This document shows, piece after piece, positions 46,225-58,400 of a stretch of 64,000 nt of DNA (within the stretch, counting starts at the first letter, position 1; each line of letters begins with the position of its first letter). Source of the DNA: Orbicella franksi. Lineage: Eukaryota. Location of the stretch: assembly GCA_964199315.1 (NCBI GenBank), contig OZ116704.1, positions 3,224,001-3,288,000 on the forward strand, written 5' to 3'. The translations under genes were made by a program, and so were the position numbers. The notes under the pieces are model-generated. The model was not told the origin of the DNA, did no database searches, and saw only the letters and a program-made list of their open reading frames with translations.

Positions 46225-47570
46225 ATGGAAAATCAAGACAAGAAACAGAAGCTCTTCCTGCAGTCTCCGGTACTGCTCTTGATATGTTGTAGTATGCTTG
46301 TTGTAAGCGTTATAGCCGTCTCATCTCTTGGATTAAGTATCTTGTCTTTCAAGGAGATAACTTGACGTAGCGAAACACACTCTGATGCAGCGAGAAAGGT
46401 TAGTGGAACATTCAATACCTGGTTTATTTAGTGCCATTTTAAGTGAAGACTTTTCCAAAACATAAACGATGAATAAGGGGTGATCGCCATTGTATGAAGT
46501 CTTCGCTTATAGCAAAATTCTCGTTTTCCCTGAAGCCTTCAAGTTCGTAACGTGGTGAATATGGCTGAATTATCTAAATCTGACACCAATACTTGACCAA
46601 AATCTACGTCACTGTGTGCCGCTGACATTGTGTTTTGTGGGTGTGGCTTGAAATGTTTTTTTTTTTTTAATCCCTATGAGGTACCAATTCTAAAACAATA
46701 CATTAACTGACATTGACATTTTTGGGCTCAATACCCTAAAACGGTACAGCGAAAGCTCCTGCTGTGACCCTTTTTAGGCTGAACACCCTATAAATAGCGT
46801 GACAGAATCGTGTACTTACCGCAATCTCATCAACAATAGTGCGTTGTCCTTTAACTTTTTTGAAAGGTCAAGGACAACGCACAGGCTATTGTTTAAAAAC
46901 CTGTAATTTGACCATTCCTGAAGCCGTAGAGGTACCAAACCCGCTTTTTTAACCCCTAAAAGGTACAAAAAGCACCGTCGTAATTATTATGTGGGAGTCC
47001 CTCTTCCATTACCGAAGTGTACCCATAGTAATAGCAGGCATACATAACGCTTCTTCTTTACAATCTTCTTTATCCAAAATTAATTTCTCCTCCTTGACCA
47101 TTTGATATCTGATCTCGAAGAATCTGTTTTCTTAGCTTACTAGTTTTTTTTCTCCTAGGGAAGTGAAATCATCCATCTTGTTGGCGGGGGAAAAGCTATA
47201 TTCACAAAAAAAAAATGACGTTGTAGTCGATGGATGGATTTTGAACGATAAAACTGGCAATATCTCCTTTCACCAAGGATCAAAAATTCTAGTGCAGAGG
47301 TCCGGCTACTACTACGCATACAGCCAAATGTATTACGATGGTGTTGACAGCGCACGCAGGGATATCATTGGCCGCACTACCTACCTACATGATACTATGA
47401 TCATGAAAAGTTGGGGCAACTGGGGAAATACCACTTACCATGGAGGAGTTTTCCACCTTGAGAAATTCGATATTTTGACAGTTAAAATTCCAAAGAATGG
47501 CACGGCAGTCAAGTTGGATGGAAAGGGTACCTTTTTCGGAGCGTTTTTACTACAGGCTGATAAGATGTAA
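46225..47570 (+). pseudogene. Locus D: collagen-less TM-TNF ligand, disrupted (pseudogene or null allele)
   Basis: Exon 1 46225-46398 (TM VLLLICCSMLVVSVIAVSSLGL) has an in-frame TGA at 46363-46365. Exon 2 47159-47570 starts GSEIIHLVGGG, but the THD body (VVDGW...GYYYAYSQMYY...FFGAFLL) is in another frame across an A10 run at 47206-47215. Confidence 0.7.
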
Positions 47571-48793
47571 GTCTCTCGGACGAAAACTGAAAGAGGTAGT
47601 TTGCATATTACAACAACTTCGATGATTCGGACAGGAATAAGGAAGCCCAATCTTATGTTCCAAAATGGCCTTACGGAATTAGGCGTCAACTCCTAGTTCT
47701 TTAAAATATCATTGTAATATCTATTTGCACTGTATACGATTAATGATGATAGTTAAACACGTCTGACATGATTTGTAAAGTAATTTGTTTGTCGTGTCAG
47801 AATTTAAGCATGTAAATGTAAATCGATACAGCGTTTGAATAAAGTTTATATTCTGCCTTTTGGAGCTTTTCGTTGCGTGGTCTTCTGCATGCAAACGTTT
47901 TTTAAAGTAAATGTTTCAAGGGTTAACCACTGTAAAACGCGGGGCCAAGTTTTTCCTAGGCATGTGACCTTGTGTTAAAACTTTCCGAGGACTTTTTGGA
48001 ACTGTCGAACCAGACGCTCTATTCCGTCAAGTACTCCTTATAACGGCCTATATATACGAGGAAGCTGCGTCCGAAAGGGGTACCTATTTCAACCTTCTGG
48101 TATATATAAAAGGGTAGGGATTTCACAAATTGAGGTTTATGAAAAAGTAGGGAAATCTTTCATTTAGGTATCTAAAAGGGCTTTTAGTTAAAATATTTCG
48201 AACAGACGCAACTTATAGTTGTATCATTTGATATATTATGCACTACATGAAATGTGAGGAAGATTTCCTTTTTTGCGATCTATTCATAATATGGGTCGGT
48301 TATGAAAGCAGGGTACCTTTATGTTCTATCAAACTGGTATACAGAAGGGCAAGGGGTTAGACCTCAGGGCGGAGCCTCCCCGATAAAACTTTGTAGAGTC
48401 CTCTGGGCTCTGTTTGGTGATGAAATAAAAGAGATGAGCAGACATTTTCTTGCTTCTAAGGCATTTCATCATGTACGTTACCATACATCGCGTGACAACC
48501 TTTACTTGCGTGATAAACATCACTGCGACCTCTTGGAAACCATAGTATTAAAATACAAGAAATTGCAGTCTCTTAGCTTTTCTAAGAACTGACAGTCCGT
48601 ACAAAGAGTGCAGTAAACATTTGGGAATGGTAACGAGAGCTTTTTAAAACTAGGACAATGAGCCATTGAGTACATCCAAGTCACGTGATCCCGTTCACTT
48701 TCCTAGAAAAAAAAATCTTGGACGCTTGACATTTATCCTATAGCGACAAGATGGTGTTTTTAGGAAGTCTGTAATACCTTAGAAGCAAGAAAC

Positions 48794-51700
48794 ATGCATA
48801 AACCTCAAGCAAGGGTCATCATTTTGCCCTGGTGGATGTTCGTTGTGTTTGCTGCGACACTGGCGACGTTATTCCCGACATTCTTGTATTGTGTCCGCGA
48901 GATTGCCGTCTTAAAATCGCGGGTCGATGCACAACAGCTGACAATTGAAACTCTAGAAACCGTCACAGCGCAGATTCGACTTCGAACTGTGGGCGACGAA
49001 GGAACGAGCGACAAAACAAACGAGGTGTTGGAGAGGCTTTTAAAACTGGAGGTTTGACCTTTTTTCGCTGTCTGCTTTAGATAAAATGATCATTTCGAAC
49101 GACCTAAGGGTCTTTATGTAGCGGTGGTTTGGCATTACACGAGTAATACACATGAACAAAGCTTGCCAAGCGCAAGTTTTTCTGTGACCTTCATTGGGTT
49201 TAGACAAGGTTTTAAACGTTGCTGGACTTCCTTATAAACTAATCTAGACACTGTCCAGACGGTGATCCTCTAGAAAAGCGCGATAGATATTCATGTGAAT
49301 GAAATTAGGACTATTTCCGCGTTGTTAACTGTTTGTTTGTGTTGTAGGACGAAGGAGAGTTGCCGGTCCGGATAAAGCGGGAGGCCAGTAACTGTCGTTG
49401 CAGGCGAGGTATATAAAACCATTTTGGTGTTTATCGTTCTACATGTATCTCTACAGCTAAAGAAGTCGATTAGCCAGTAACATGCATCAGAATTAACGGC
49501 TGGGGTGTGAGGTGAGGGTATACAGGGGATGCGGTAATGCTGAAAATTACGTCAGTGCCGAAGACATCTCTATTCTGATCTGAGCTGCCCCCATCCATCT
49601 CCGTCTTTTCCCCTCCCCCTCTTCGCAGGGAACTTTTGTTCTCGTTGATCGTAGTTGTGCACAAGGTTACATCCCAAGGATTTGCGGTCAGAAACCCGTG
49701 AACCGTGTCTGACGAGTGATTGCTTGAATACGGCATCCCCATGTAGCACTCCTTTATTATTCCTCGAAGTCTGTCTTAGTTTGGATCAATCTCTGTATTC
49801 TCAGTTACGTTTGGGCTTACTCTGCCTAAAACACGTCATTTACACGCTCATGTTTGCTTGCATTCAACCTCTATCCAGTTTTCAATGAGAATTCTAAAAA
49901 TTTTGCCTTTATTCAACACTTGGCAACAATCCATAAAATGCGTCTTTCTCGGAAGTCTTGTATCATATCGCTACGTAGTTCGTTTTCGAAGAGAACAAAA
50001 CAACACTGACTAGCCTCGAAAATAAAAAGGGAACTCGCTCTAAAATGATCACTGATACAAACGAAACAATTCGATTTTCAAGTTGATATAAAATCAAGCT
50101 CTCGACGATTTAAGTTTTGTTGTTGTGATTGTCATACCACTAGAAATAATCTTTCAATGACAAGCTATAGTTATCGTAACAATACTTTATTGGCTTACAT
50201 GAGCATGTCCTGTCCTTGTAAAATGACACGCTAAGAATTTTTTTTGTTCTAAATGTATGCATGTGTTCTGGCACATTCTTTAACTTCGGATGTCAATGCT
50301 GTAAAATGTTTGAGCTACTTTGCCTTGAAAAGTCGAAAAGCCTTTTTCAAAAACACACGCTGAATGGAAAGTTCAAACCTGGGTAGCGGTGAACAATTGA
50401 GAATTCTAAACATTTCGGCAAATGGGATAAAATGAAGTTCATCGTAAGCCAATACTGTCAACAAACCGTTATCCTGACTGATCGACAGTTAGTCATTATT
50501 GCGCGTGACTCAGTATCACAACTACTGTCACGCAACCAACTGCAAGGCCATTGCCACGCTACAAACAATTTATTTATAGCCCCATTTTTTTGTATTGTTT
50601 TTCTGTTCTAGGACCAAAAGGAGAGCAGGGGCAAAAAGGTGAGACACTTCAGTGATGATACTTGATGCTTCGTACAAAGAAATCATAATTTTTTTTTTTG
50701 TCGCGTGTTCGACTGTAAAGGCTAAAGCTATTTGTAGGCTTGTAGGCTATTCACTGAAATATAGTTCCAGGTAAGTAAAGCGAAAAGTATAACTTAAGGT
50801 AAATATGAAGTGAACAGTATGACCTGCTGTTGACAACTGAGTGATTCAAAAGAGCGGTTTTCAATTGAGTGTCGAAAGTAATCTAGCAAATACTTTGGTT
50901 TTGGTGTTATTACGGTTTGATATTGGATGAGTAGTCTAACTGATAAATGATTGGTTTGATTTTGGTTTTACGAGACGCAATTGAAAGCCGCTGTAATCTC
51001 TATTAATTTGTAGTGCTGCACTCGCTCCGGCTCCTCCCGCATTTGTTTTTTTAATTGAAATCTTGCTCTCTTTAGGTCAGCGTGGACGAAGAGGAAGACA
51101 AGGTAATGATCGGTTTTCATAAAACATGTAATTTCGCGATTTATTTGAGAAAAAATCCTTTAGAAAAATCAATAAAAGCACATAAATAATTTGCCAAGTT
51201 AAACTGTGCATTCCTAAAGCGGCTACTGAAGTGTTGTTCCCAGAAGCTCTGATTGCTTTGCTAAACACCAAGAAATGGAGACCTCACAAAGAAGTAGGAA
51301 AGTGAGCCAGCATTAGTTACGGCGGTTACGCATGTTCAGAAATCGTTATTGAACTTGAACGTATGCGCGCAATCAAATCGGAACCAGAATTTTCTGATTC
51401 TGGTAGTTGATTTTCGCTGACCGAAAACGCGCAGGTAGACTGATTGCTGGTAGACTGGAACTAATAGTGCATGCGTAGTAAGCCAAGATGGTGTTACGTG
51501 AGCCACTTTGCAAGAGAGATGAAGTAAAAGTGCCCATAACACGGTAATACTGGTGCGAGCTTGCTCCGTTAGGAGCTTAAACAACTGCTTGCTAAAACTT
51601 GCAAAGGCGCGTCGTGTTACCAAGCAGGGATACTGACATAAAGGAACAATTGCGAGCTCTACAAGGTTCTGAGGCAATGTCCATAATGAAATTCTCTTCT

Positions 51701-54700
51701 CAGGTATTAAGCAGTGTTTTAAATTCCCCTTTCAATAAGAAAACCAACAAAAACGAAAAAAATGACTGAGGTAAGTGCCTAGGTTTGCGTCATACCGGTT
51801 ACGTCCCTGGTAGATGGTCTAATCCTCTACAACTATGAGCCAAGAGACAACGTAAGGCTGATTGAACGGTACGGCAGCTACATTGTCAATTCTAATATTT
51901 TGAAAAGCACGGATAGATGATATTATTTTGAAACGGTGCTAATCAGCATTGCGTCTTCTTCTTGGCTCAGCAAAACCATGAACGGTTCACAACTGTCTTT
52001 ATTTTTATTTTTATTATTTTTTTTCAGGTGTTAAAGGCGTTAAGGGCGAACCCGGAAATACCGGGCCTCCAGGCAGAGATGGATTGAAAGGGGACACTGG
52101 AGAAACGGGTACGTTTCAAACACGCGAAAAGGTGTACATCTGTTTTTATAATCCATTTATAATCCATATCTGAGTGATATTTCCCAGTTTTCAAAAACTG
52201 ATTATTAACAAACATGTTAATTATCCAGTTTTCGAAAATTATTTGAAGGGTAATAAACAGAATAGCCTCCATTTGGCGCTCCTGTTACGCTTTCGGGAAA
52301 CTGTTCGCTTCTCGGAACAGATAATGTCCGCGGACAAATATCCGAGCATATCTTCGCGCCAAATGGAGACTATTGTTTATATATCGAACATTGAAAAACG
52401 TACCTCTTATCCAGGCTTCTGCTGCATCTGTTTCAGGTGACCAAGGGGAGCCTGGAGCCCAAGGTAGTGTTAACTTGTGTGAGGTGTACCTTGAAAGAGA
52501 ACAATGGTGGTTTAGTAATCGTCGATAATTTCAGGGAAATTAATGTTGTGTTTGTCCATCCTGTTCAATATTCCGTAGACAATTGTCATATTTTACTTGT
52601 GTTAAAAATTATTTTGTGATATGTGGATGAAGTCAGAATACAAATTAATTAAAGTTATCGCCGTCTTACAGAAGTTAATTGTTGCCGTCTTTTACAGAAG
52701 TAAGAAGGACATTACAGCGGTATCGCAAAGGGTATGGGATCGAATCTCGCTCAAGCTTCGAATGTATATATCTATTGTAGCTCGCTAGTGCTTTAGCTAG
52801 TTATGCGCTAACTGCTTGTACAATAACTCTAAAGCTGGTTTTTCTTGTTTTTAAACAGGTTTGCCTGGCTCCGTGATGCGCGTGAGTACTCTCGTTATTT
52901 CTCCGGTCGTCTTTAACTTTAATTGTTGAGACAAAACTCATGAAAGGGGAGATATTACACATCTCAATTCTTAATGATAACACATAGGCATGTTTGCTAA
53001 TAATCAGATTTAACGACGGAGAAATTTCACAGTTGACGGTGAGAGAAGATGAAGAGTGTTAATCCCTTATATAGGCCTTACTTTCAAGGTTATCTCGTTA
53101 TTTGTGGATATGGTATGCGGGGTATTATCCAGCAGATAATATTAGGGAACTTGAGCAAACCACGACGACGACGGCAACGAGAACGTCACCTTACCAAAAC
53201 AATACCTTTGCACGTGCTTTGTAAATCTTTGTACATTTCTTTGTACATTTCTTTGCTGTCCTCTGCAAAACAAGAACGTGAAATGACTAAGTTCTGCGTA
53301 GTTTGAGAAACGCGAATGACGACGGTTAATTTTTCGTATTTCCGTTTGGAATTGAATGCTGTCATTGCATATTTGGCCTGACGACTATATATAGCCGGAG
53401 CCACTGGCGTACCGAACAGATCTAGACAATTTCGAATTTCGCTGGTAAAATATAAATTATTTTTGACTACGCATCGTCCTCGACGTCGCCGTTTTCATTG
53501 CTTAAGCTCCCTATTACCACCGGCGTTGCCACTTGATGTTTTCGTGGAGAATTAAAATGTGTGTAACGCCACTTGAGCTGTCCACGTGAGCACTGGCAAT
53601 TTCTAGACGCGATCCTGAGATTTCTGAAGCCGGGTGGTGATCTAAAATGATAAAAAATAACTAGCGAGGGATTGCCTTGGGAATTAGGCCTACATGGGGA
53701 GTTAACTCTCTCCTATCGTTTATCCTCTCTTGCTGATAGTAAGTTACAGTAAGTCTCTTGAAGCTGGAAAGCTCGCCACAGCATTTATTACGCGTTAATT
53801 TGGTGTACAGCCACAAAACCACCCAGAAGTTGTACTCTTTGCCTTAGTACTTATAAATAAATAAATAAACAAACAAACAAACAAATAAATAAATAACTTT
53901 ATTTATATGTGAAATGTATTTAGTGCTCTTGTGCTAATTGGGGACACTGTAAATGAATAAACAATTAATGCAAATAGGAGGCTGACCAGTTGGTTATTTA
54001 CACAACGCGGTCGGGGAGTTGAACTCGGGACAACCGAGAACAAATCCAGATAACGGTAGAAAGGATTTATATATAATCGCGTCTGTTCTGGTTTCAATTT
54101 CGTTTCAGCCAATCGCAACAGATTCAGCGCACATTGTTGGGTATGGTGAGCATATTAACCCGCCAACAGGTACAACAAAATGTTAGTGTTATTTTTCTTG
54201 ATTTCTTTATTGTAGATACAGGAGTTTTTCCGTGAATTTACGGGGATTACATTATTAAGTGGTTTGATAAGTCTTCAGTAGCGTCAATTCCAATTTTTGG
54301 GCAATTTCTCTTTTAGTTTTTTCATTGACTCTGCCAGTTAGGAGACTTGTGAAGGTTAGATGCTTTTTTGGCCTTATTACCTTTCCTGAAAAGTGAAATA
54401 TCGTTGACAAGAGCACGAGAAAAGTGTTATTATCGCTTTTCAAAGGAAAACGCCAATGGATTCCTCCCTTGCAGACGATTTTTTCCGTGGCATTGGGTGA
54501 TGAGACAAAAAGATGTTTGCATTGCTATATAGGAGCTCGCTGTGTGTGTCTTCAGACGTGTTTCGTTTAAACTGGTGTGCAAAAGCACACCAATTTAAAC
54601 AATTGGGTCTCTCCGATATGTCCACCACGAAAACCCTCGCTTGTTTTCGTCGTTCTTGTTAGCTTTCAACTATAATTCTCATTCCTCTCTTTTAAAACGC

Positions 54701-55130
54701 TAAAACGCTCTTAGCTTCTCCCACAGTTCACCGCATCACCAACTGGAAGCTGAGCCACAAAACTGGAAGTATCAAGTTCGTCAGCAACAGCTTCCTTGTG
54801 ATTGGTACAGCAGGTTACTACTTCGTGTACAGCCAACTGTTCTATTACGCCGGGGACACCCTCTTCATGGGCCATTACACATACATCAATGAGGACCCTG
54901 TCATGCGCAGTCTGAGCAGCGTGATTAGCGAGACAAAGAAGTACAACACAAATTACCAAGGAGCGGTATTCCTGCTCAGGAGAGGCGACAAAATCTCCGT
55001 GCGAATCCCGTTCACAAAGTCCTACTTTATGAACAGGGAGACCAGCTATTTTGGTGCCTTCTTGGTAAGCCCCGTGTCTAATACCACCAGTGTTGCCGAA
55101 TCAACGGGCGTTGGTCAGGATCTTCAGTAA
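48794..55130 (+). CDS. Locus E: intact type II TM collagen-TNF (ectodysplasin-like) ligand, 322 aa predicted
   Basis: Exons 48794-49051 (TM plus coiled coil), 49348-49408 (furin RIKR|E, CRC), collagen 50612-50638, 51076-51102, 52028-52108, 52437-52463, 52859-52881, strand A 54109-54169 (DSAHIVGYG), THD 54727-55130 (GYYFVYSQLFY, YFGAFLV, TAA). Total 969 nt in a continuous frame. Confidence 0.85.
53143..53513. mobile_element. MITE in an intron of locus E
   Basis: TAGGGAACTTGAGCAA / TTGCTTAAGCTCCCTA TIRs with ACGACG-rich subtermini. Confidence 0.75.
54727..55130 (+). CDS. THD-body exon of locus E
   Basis: ITNWKL, GYYFVYSQLFYY, YQGAVFLL, YFGAFLV, then a Ser/Thr-rich tail and stop. Confidence 0.9.
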
Positions 55131-55307
55131 AACGAGACTTGTTTGGTTTCCACGTAAACTAAACCGTGAACAGACCAACTATATTTTTTTCTGATCAATT
55201 TAAACTGCTACCTTGCATATCGAGACAAAACTCTTTCTGCTGCCCGCCCTAATCCTTGCTTCGTAACTTCACCCGTGTAACCAGGGTAACATAATCACGA
55301 GGAGCCC

Positions 55308-55400
55308 TAGTCTCCCCCGCAGAGTTCTTTTGGGACGTCACGCAACGCTCTTTGGGAGAGCGTTGCGTGACATCCCAAAAGAACTGCTGCGGAGGACACC
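55308..55400. repeat. Short hairpin MITE downstream of the locus E stop
   Basis: GTTCTTTTGGGACGTCACGCAACGCTCT / AGAGCGTTGCGTGACATCCCAAAAGAAC inverted repeat. Confidence 0.65.
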
Positions 55401-58400
55401 AAAGGAGTCGTGGCCTTCATCAATCTTTCGATGACATCTTAAGCACCGCGTTTACACGTAAGCATAAGCACAAGGTCGATCAAAATTTCAACACACTGCA
55501 CCTGGGTGTGCAACCTCTTGCTTGTGTGTAATTCAGCCTTAGGGAACTGGGAGGCGGCAAGTTGAAGGCAGGCCCCGCACAATTCAGCACTCTGCTTTGT
55601 TCCTTCTGGTAACTCGCGCAAGTATTGGTGATTCTTGACTTTCTTTTTCTTTCTTTTTAAATTCCGAGCTGCAAACATGACATCTAGACATCTCGAAGCA
55701 ATTTTCATAATCTTGACTGTTTGGTAAGTTAGGAAATCAAAATTCTTGTCAAAGTTTTATTTTAATCAGACTCGCGTTTTCTGTATTGCAATCACCATGG
55801 CGTAGTAGTTTTCCTTAAAGTTAGATCCAGGGGTGAATTTAGGGAGGGGATGGCAAGGAGGTAGCTCCTTGAGGTTACTATGGTTATGGTCTCGTTGCAA
55901 CTGTTACAGACCCCAGTTTCTGGGTTTCCTTGAGCCACCCCTGGGACATTCTCCTCAGCTCAATTACACTTCTTACTCAATATTCATGGAATTAAAATTT
56001 GTAAATTATCGTCAATAAAGTAGAGTTAGTAATAGACGTAACAATTTCACGCGCGCTGTACAAATTACATACTTACCTGTATTTTGAGATTAGAATCCTT
56101 GTCAAAAGTACCTAAATCTAAAATACGGTTAACATCCTGGGGTTGACGTTCCACTACACATGCATTGTAGACTTAAAACTTTACAGTATTTCTGACATGT
56201 TGTTGTCAGCTTGTAAAAAATTCCAAATGAATCATTGTGTTTGTCGTCAACAGAGATAAAGATAAGTTAATGGTATTATCAACAAGAGCAGTCCCGCATC
56301 GGGGAGAAAGATTGTGTGACATATTAGAAGCCAGGATCTAGCTGTAAAATCCAGTTACAAAATAAATGCATCTTTTTCTGTTTCTTTCGCGTGATTTTCA
56401 TTTCTCGACATACCCTTTCGATGGAAATTCAACCAAATCGCGGGTTCAACCGATTTCTCTTACAGTATGTGCGTGACACTATTTTACGTGACAGTATGTA
56501 CGTGACAGTCGAGAATCAGGAATGTGTGGGAGAAGAGTGTTTACTAGACAAGTTCCGCTGTAAACTAACGGAAAGAGCCAGACCTTTCTTCCAGTCTTTT
56601 CCCCCCTACGCTTTTTTCTCGTTTTATTTTCCTTTGATTCTTTCTACTCCGACAAGATTTCGGGCCAAGGGACATAATTCGAAGTTTTCAATTTGCAAAG
56701 ACCTTTGTAATGCATCAATTATTACTATTAAATTGTAAGCTTATTGTCAATGATAAAAATAAGTTTCTCAGACATCTCAAGATCTTTCGGCCACGAGAGT
56801 AAGCCGCACAAATTGCATTGTTAAATTCATTTTTGATTAAACCAACTATCAGGAAATCATGGCTACCAGAATAAATTTTGTGACTTATAGCTATGTCACG
56901 CTTAGGAGCGTTTCTGGTTTCATTTGCACGATAATATCTTATTTATTTTTGCGACAAATGCTGGGATTTATCGAGTTCTTCATTTCACCGAAACACACCA
57001 TGGAAGAAATGGAAAGATATTTTAAAAGTCTCTGTGTAAAGTAAGGGAACAGAATGTTCTTAAATAACAAGCGAATCGAGGGAAGGAATTAAACCTCTCC
57101 GAAACCGATCACGTCGAAGGATTACTGACAGCGAATTGATTCAGGATAAGAAATGGTAATTTTCCACTAACTAGCGCTATAAAGTTTCCCTGGTTCACGA
57201 GGGCATTCTTGTAGCGTATACTTAATTTTGCATCGCGGCAAGACTTGTTAGACGACCAAACTAACTGGTGTACTAACGTACGCCAGGTTTTCGTTCATGT
57301 AGCAAGCATTGTCACGGGGCTGGCAAATGCCGTGGTTCGTAAGAGGAGTATTCTACATCTTATGACACTACCATTTAACAGTGTTGAACGTCAGATCACA
57401 AGTCTTACCTTGAACATCTTTACTTTCGCGTATTCTCCGTCGCAAATAACAGCAAAGATAGTTTTTTCCTCCTTCTCCACACTTAAAAAATGTGCTGACA
57501 AAGAACATTTTTTCGACCTGATGCAACGTTCCGTGCAGTACTGGGTGGGGGAATCCCCAGTGGGCCGCTGGCCACGTGATGAATTTTAAAGCAAATGAAC
57601 TCGATTTTTAAATTAATTATTTCAATAAATATTGCGGCCGTGTTATCAGTACGAAACGGTGTCATCTTCAAAACGACAGATCTACATTGTAATTGTTTCA
57701 GACCGACGGAAGACAAGCTATGAACTAACCGTCCATAATGACCCGGAGATTATGCAGTCGTGACTATAGCCCGGGGAGACTCCCATGTAAAAAGGACAGG
57801 GGAGGGAGAGCGGGTTTGTGACCTCTTAGGGTGTTCAGACTCAAAAGGTCCTGAGCGGGAGTTCTGTCTTTTTAGGATATTAATAGAGATTTACAGCAAT
57901 GCTTTCATAAACTTTACGAGTAGAAAGTATTCGAAGCAATCATTATTGCTATTAAGAATTGTGAAAGTGCGAGTTAATGTGCTGTTTTAGAATTTGTACC
58001 TCAGCTCTCTTAGGAGTGAAAAATATTTCAAGCCACGCCCACAAAGCAGAACTTTTCAAAATTTCCGACGAGCGCTCCCGTCGCGTTCACCGTGGCGCAC
58101 CGTTCTTCAACATCGCAAAAAAAATTGGAGAGGTCATCAGCGAAAATGTTTGCTTGCAGCCTTTTGTTGAGTAAGAAAAAATACTGGGATTCCCGAGGGC
58201 TTTTTACCGTAGCTGGTTGAAAAGAAAATGAATAATAATTTTAACTGCGAGTCCATTTATCCAGCACAACTCTGTTATTAATCGTCTGGGAAGCGAAACT
58301 GTAATGAAGTTCTATTGAAGCCAAAATTGTGAAAACCGTTGTTTCATTCGCGTGATTTATGGGCAGAAACCTGAGAGAATGGAATCCTAAGGTGACGTGA

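Noticed and set aside
46363-46365. Selenocysteine or readthrough TGA in locus D
   Set aside because: The position is a non-catalytic stalk, no SECIS was recognised, and a second lesion is present downstream.
4193-55130. C1q/adiponectin-type interpretation of the collagen plus globular-domain genes
   Set aside because: The G-YY-IYSQ signature, C-terminal FFGAFLL, separate strand-A HL motif and type II TM anchor fit TNF, not gC1q (G.Y.F...FSGFLL, signal peptide).
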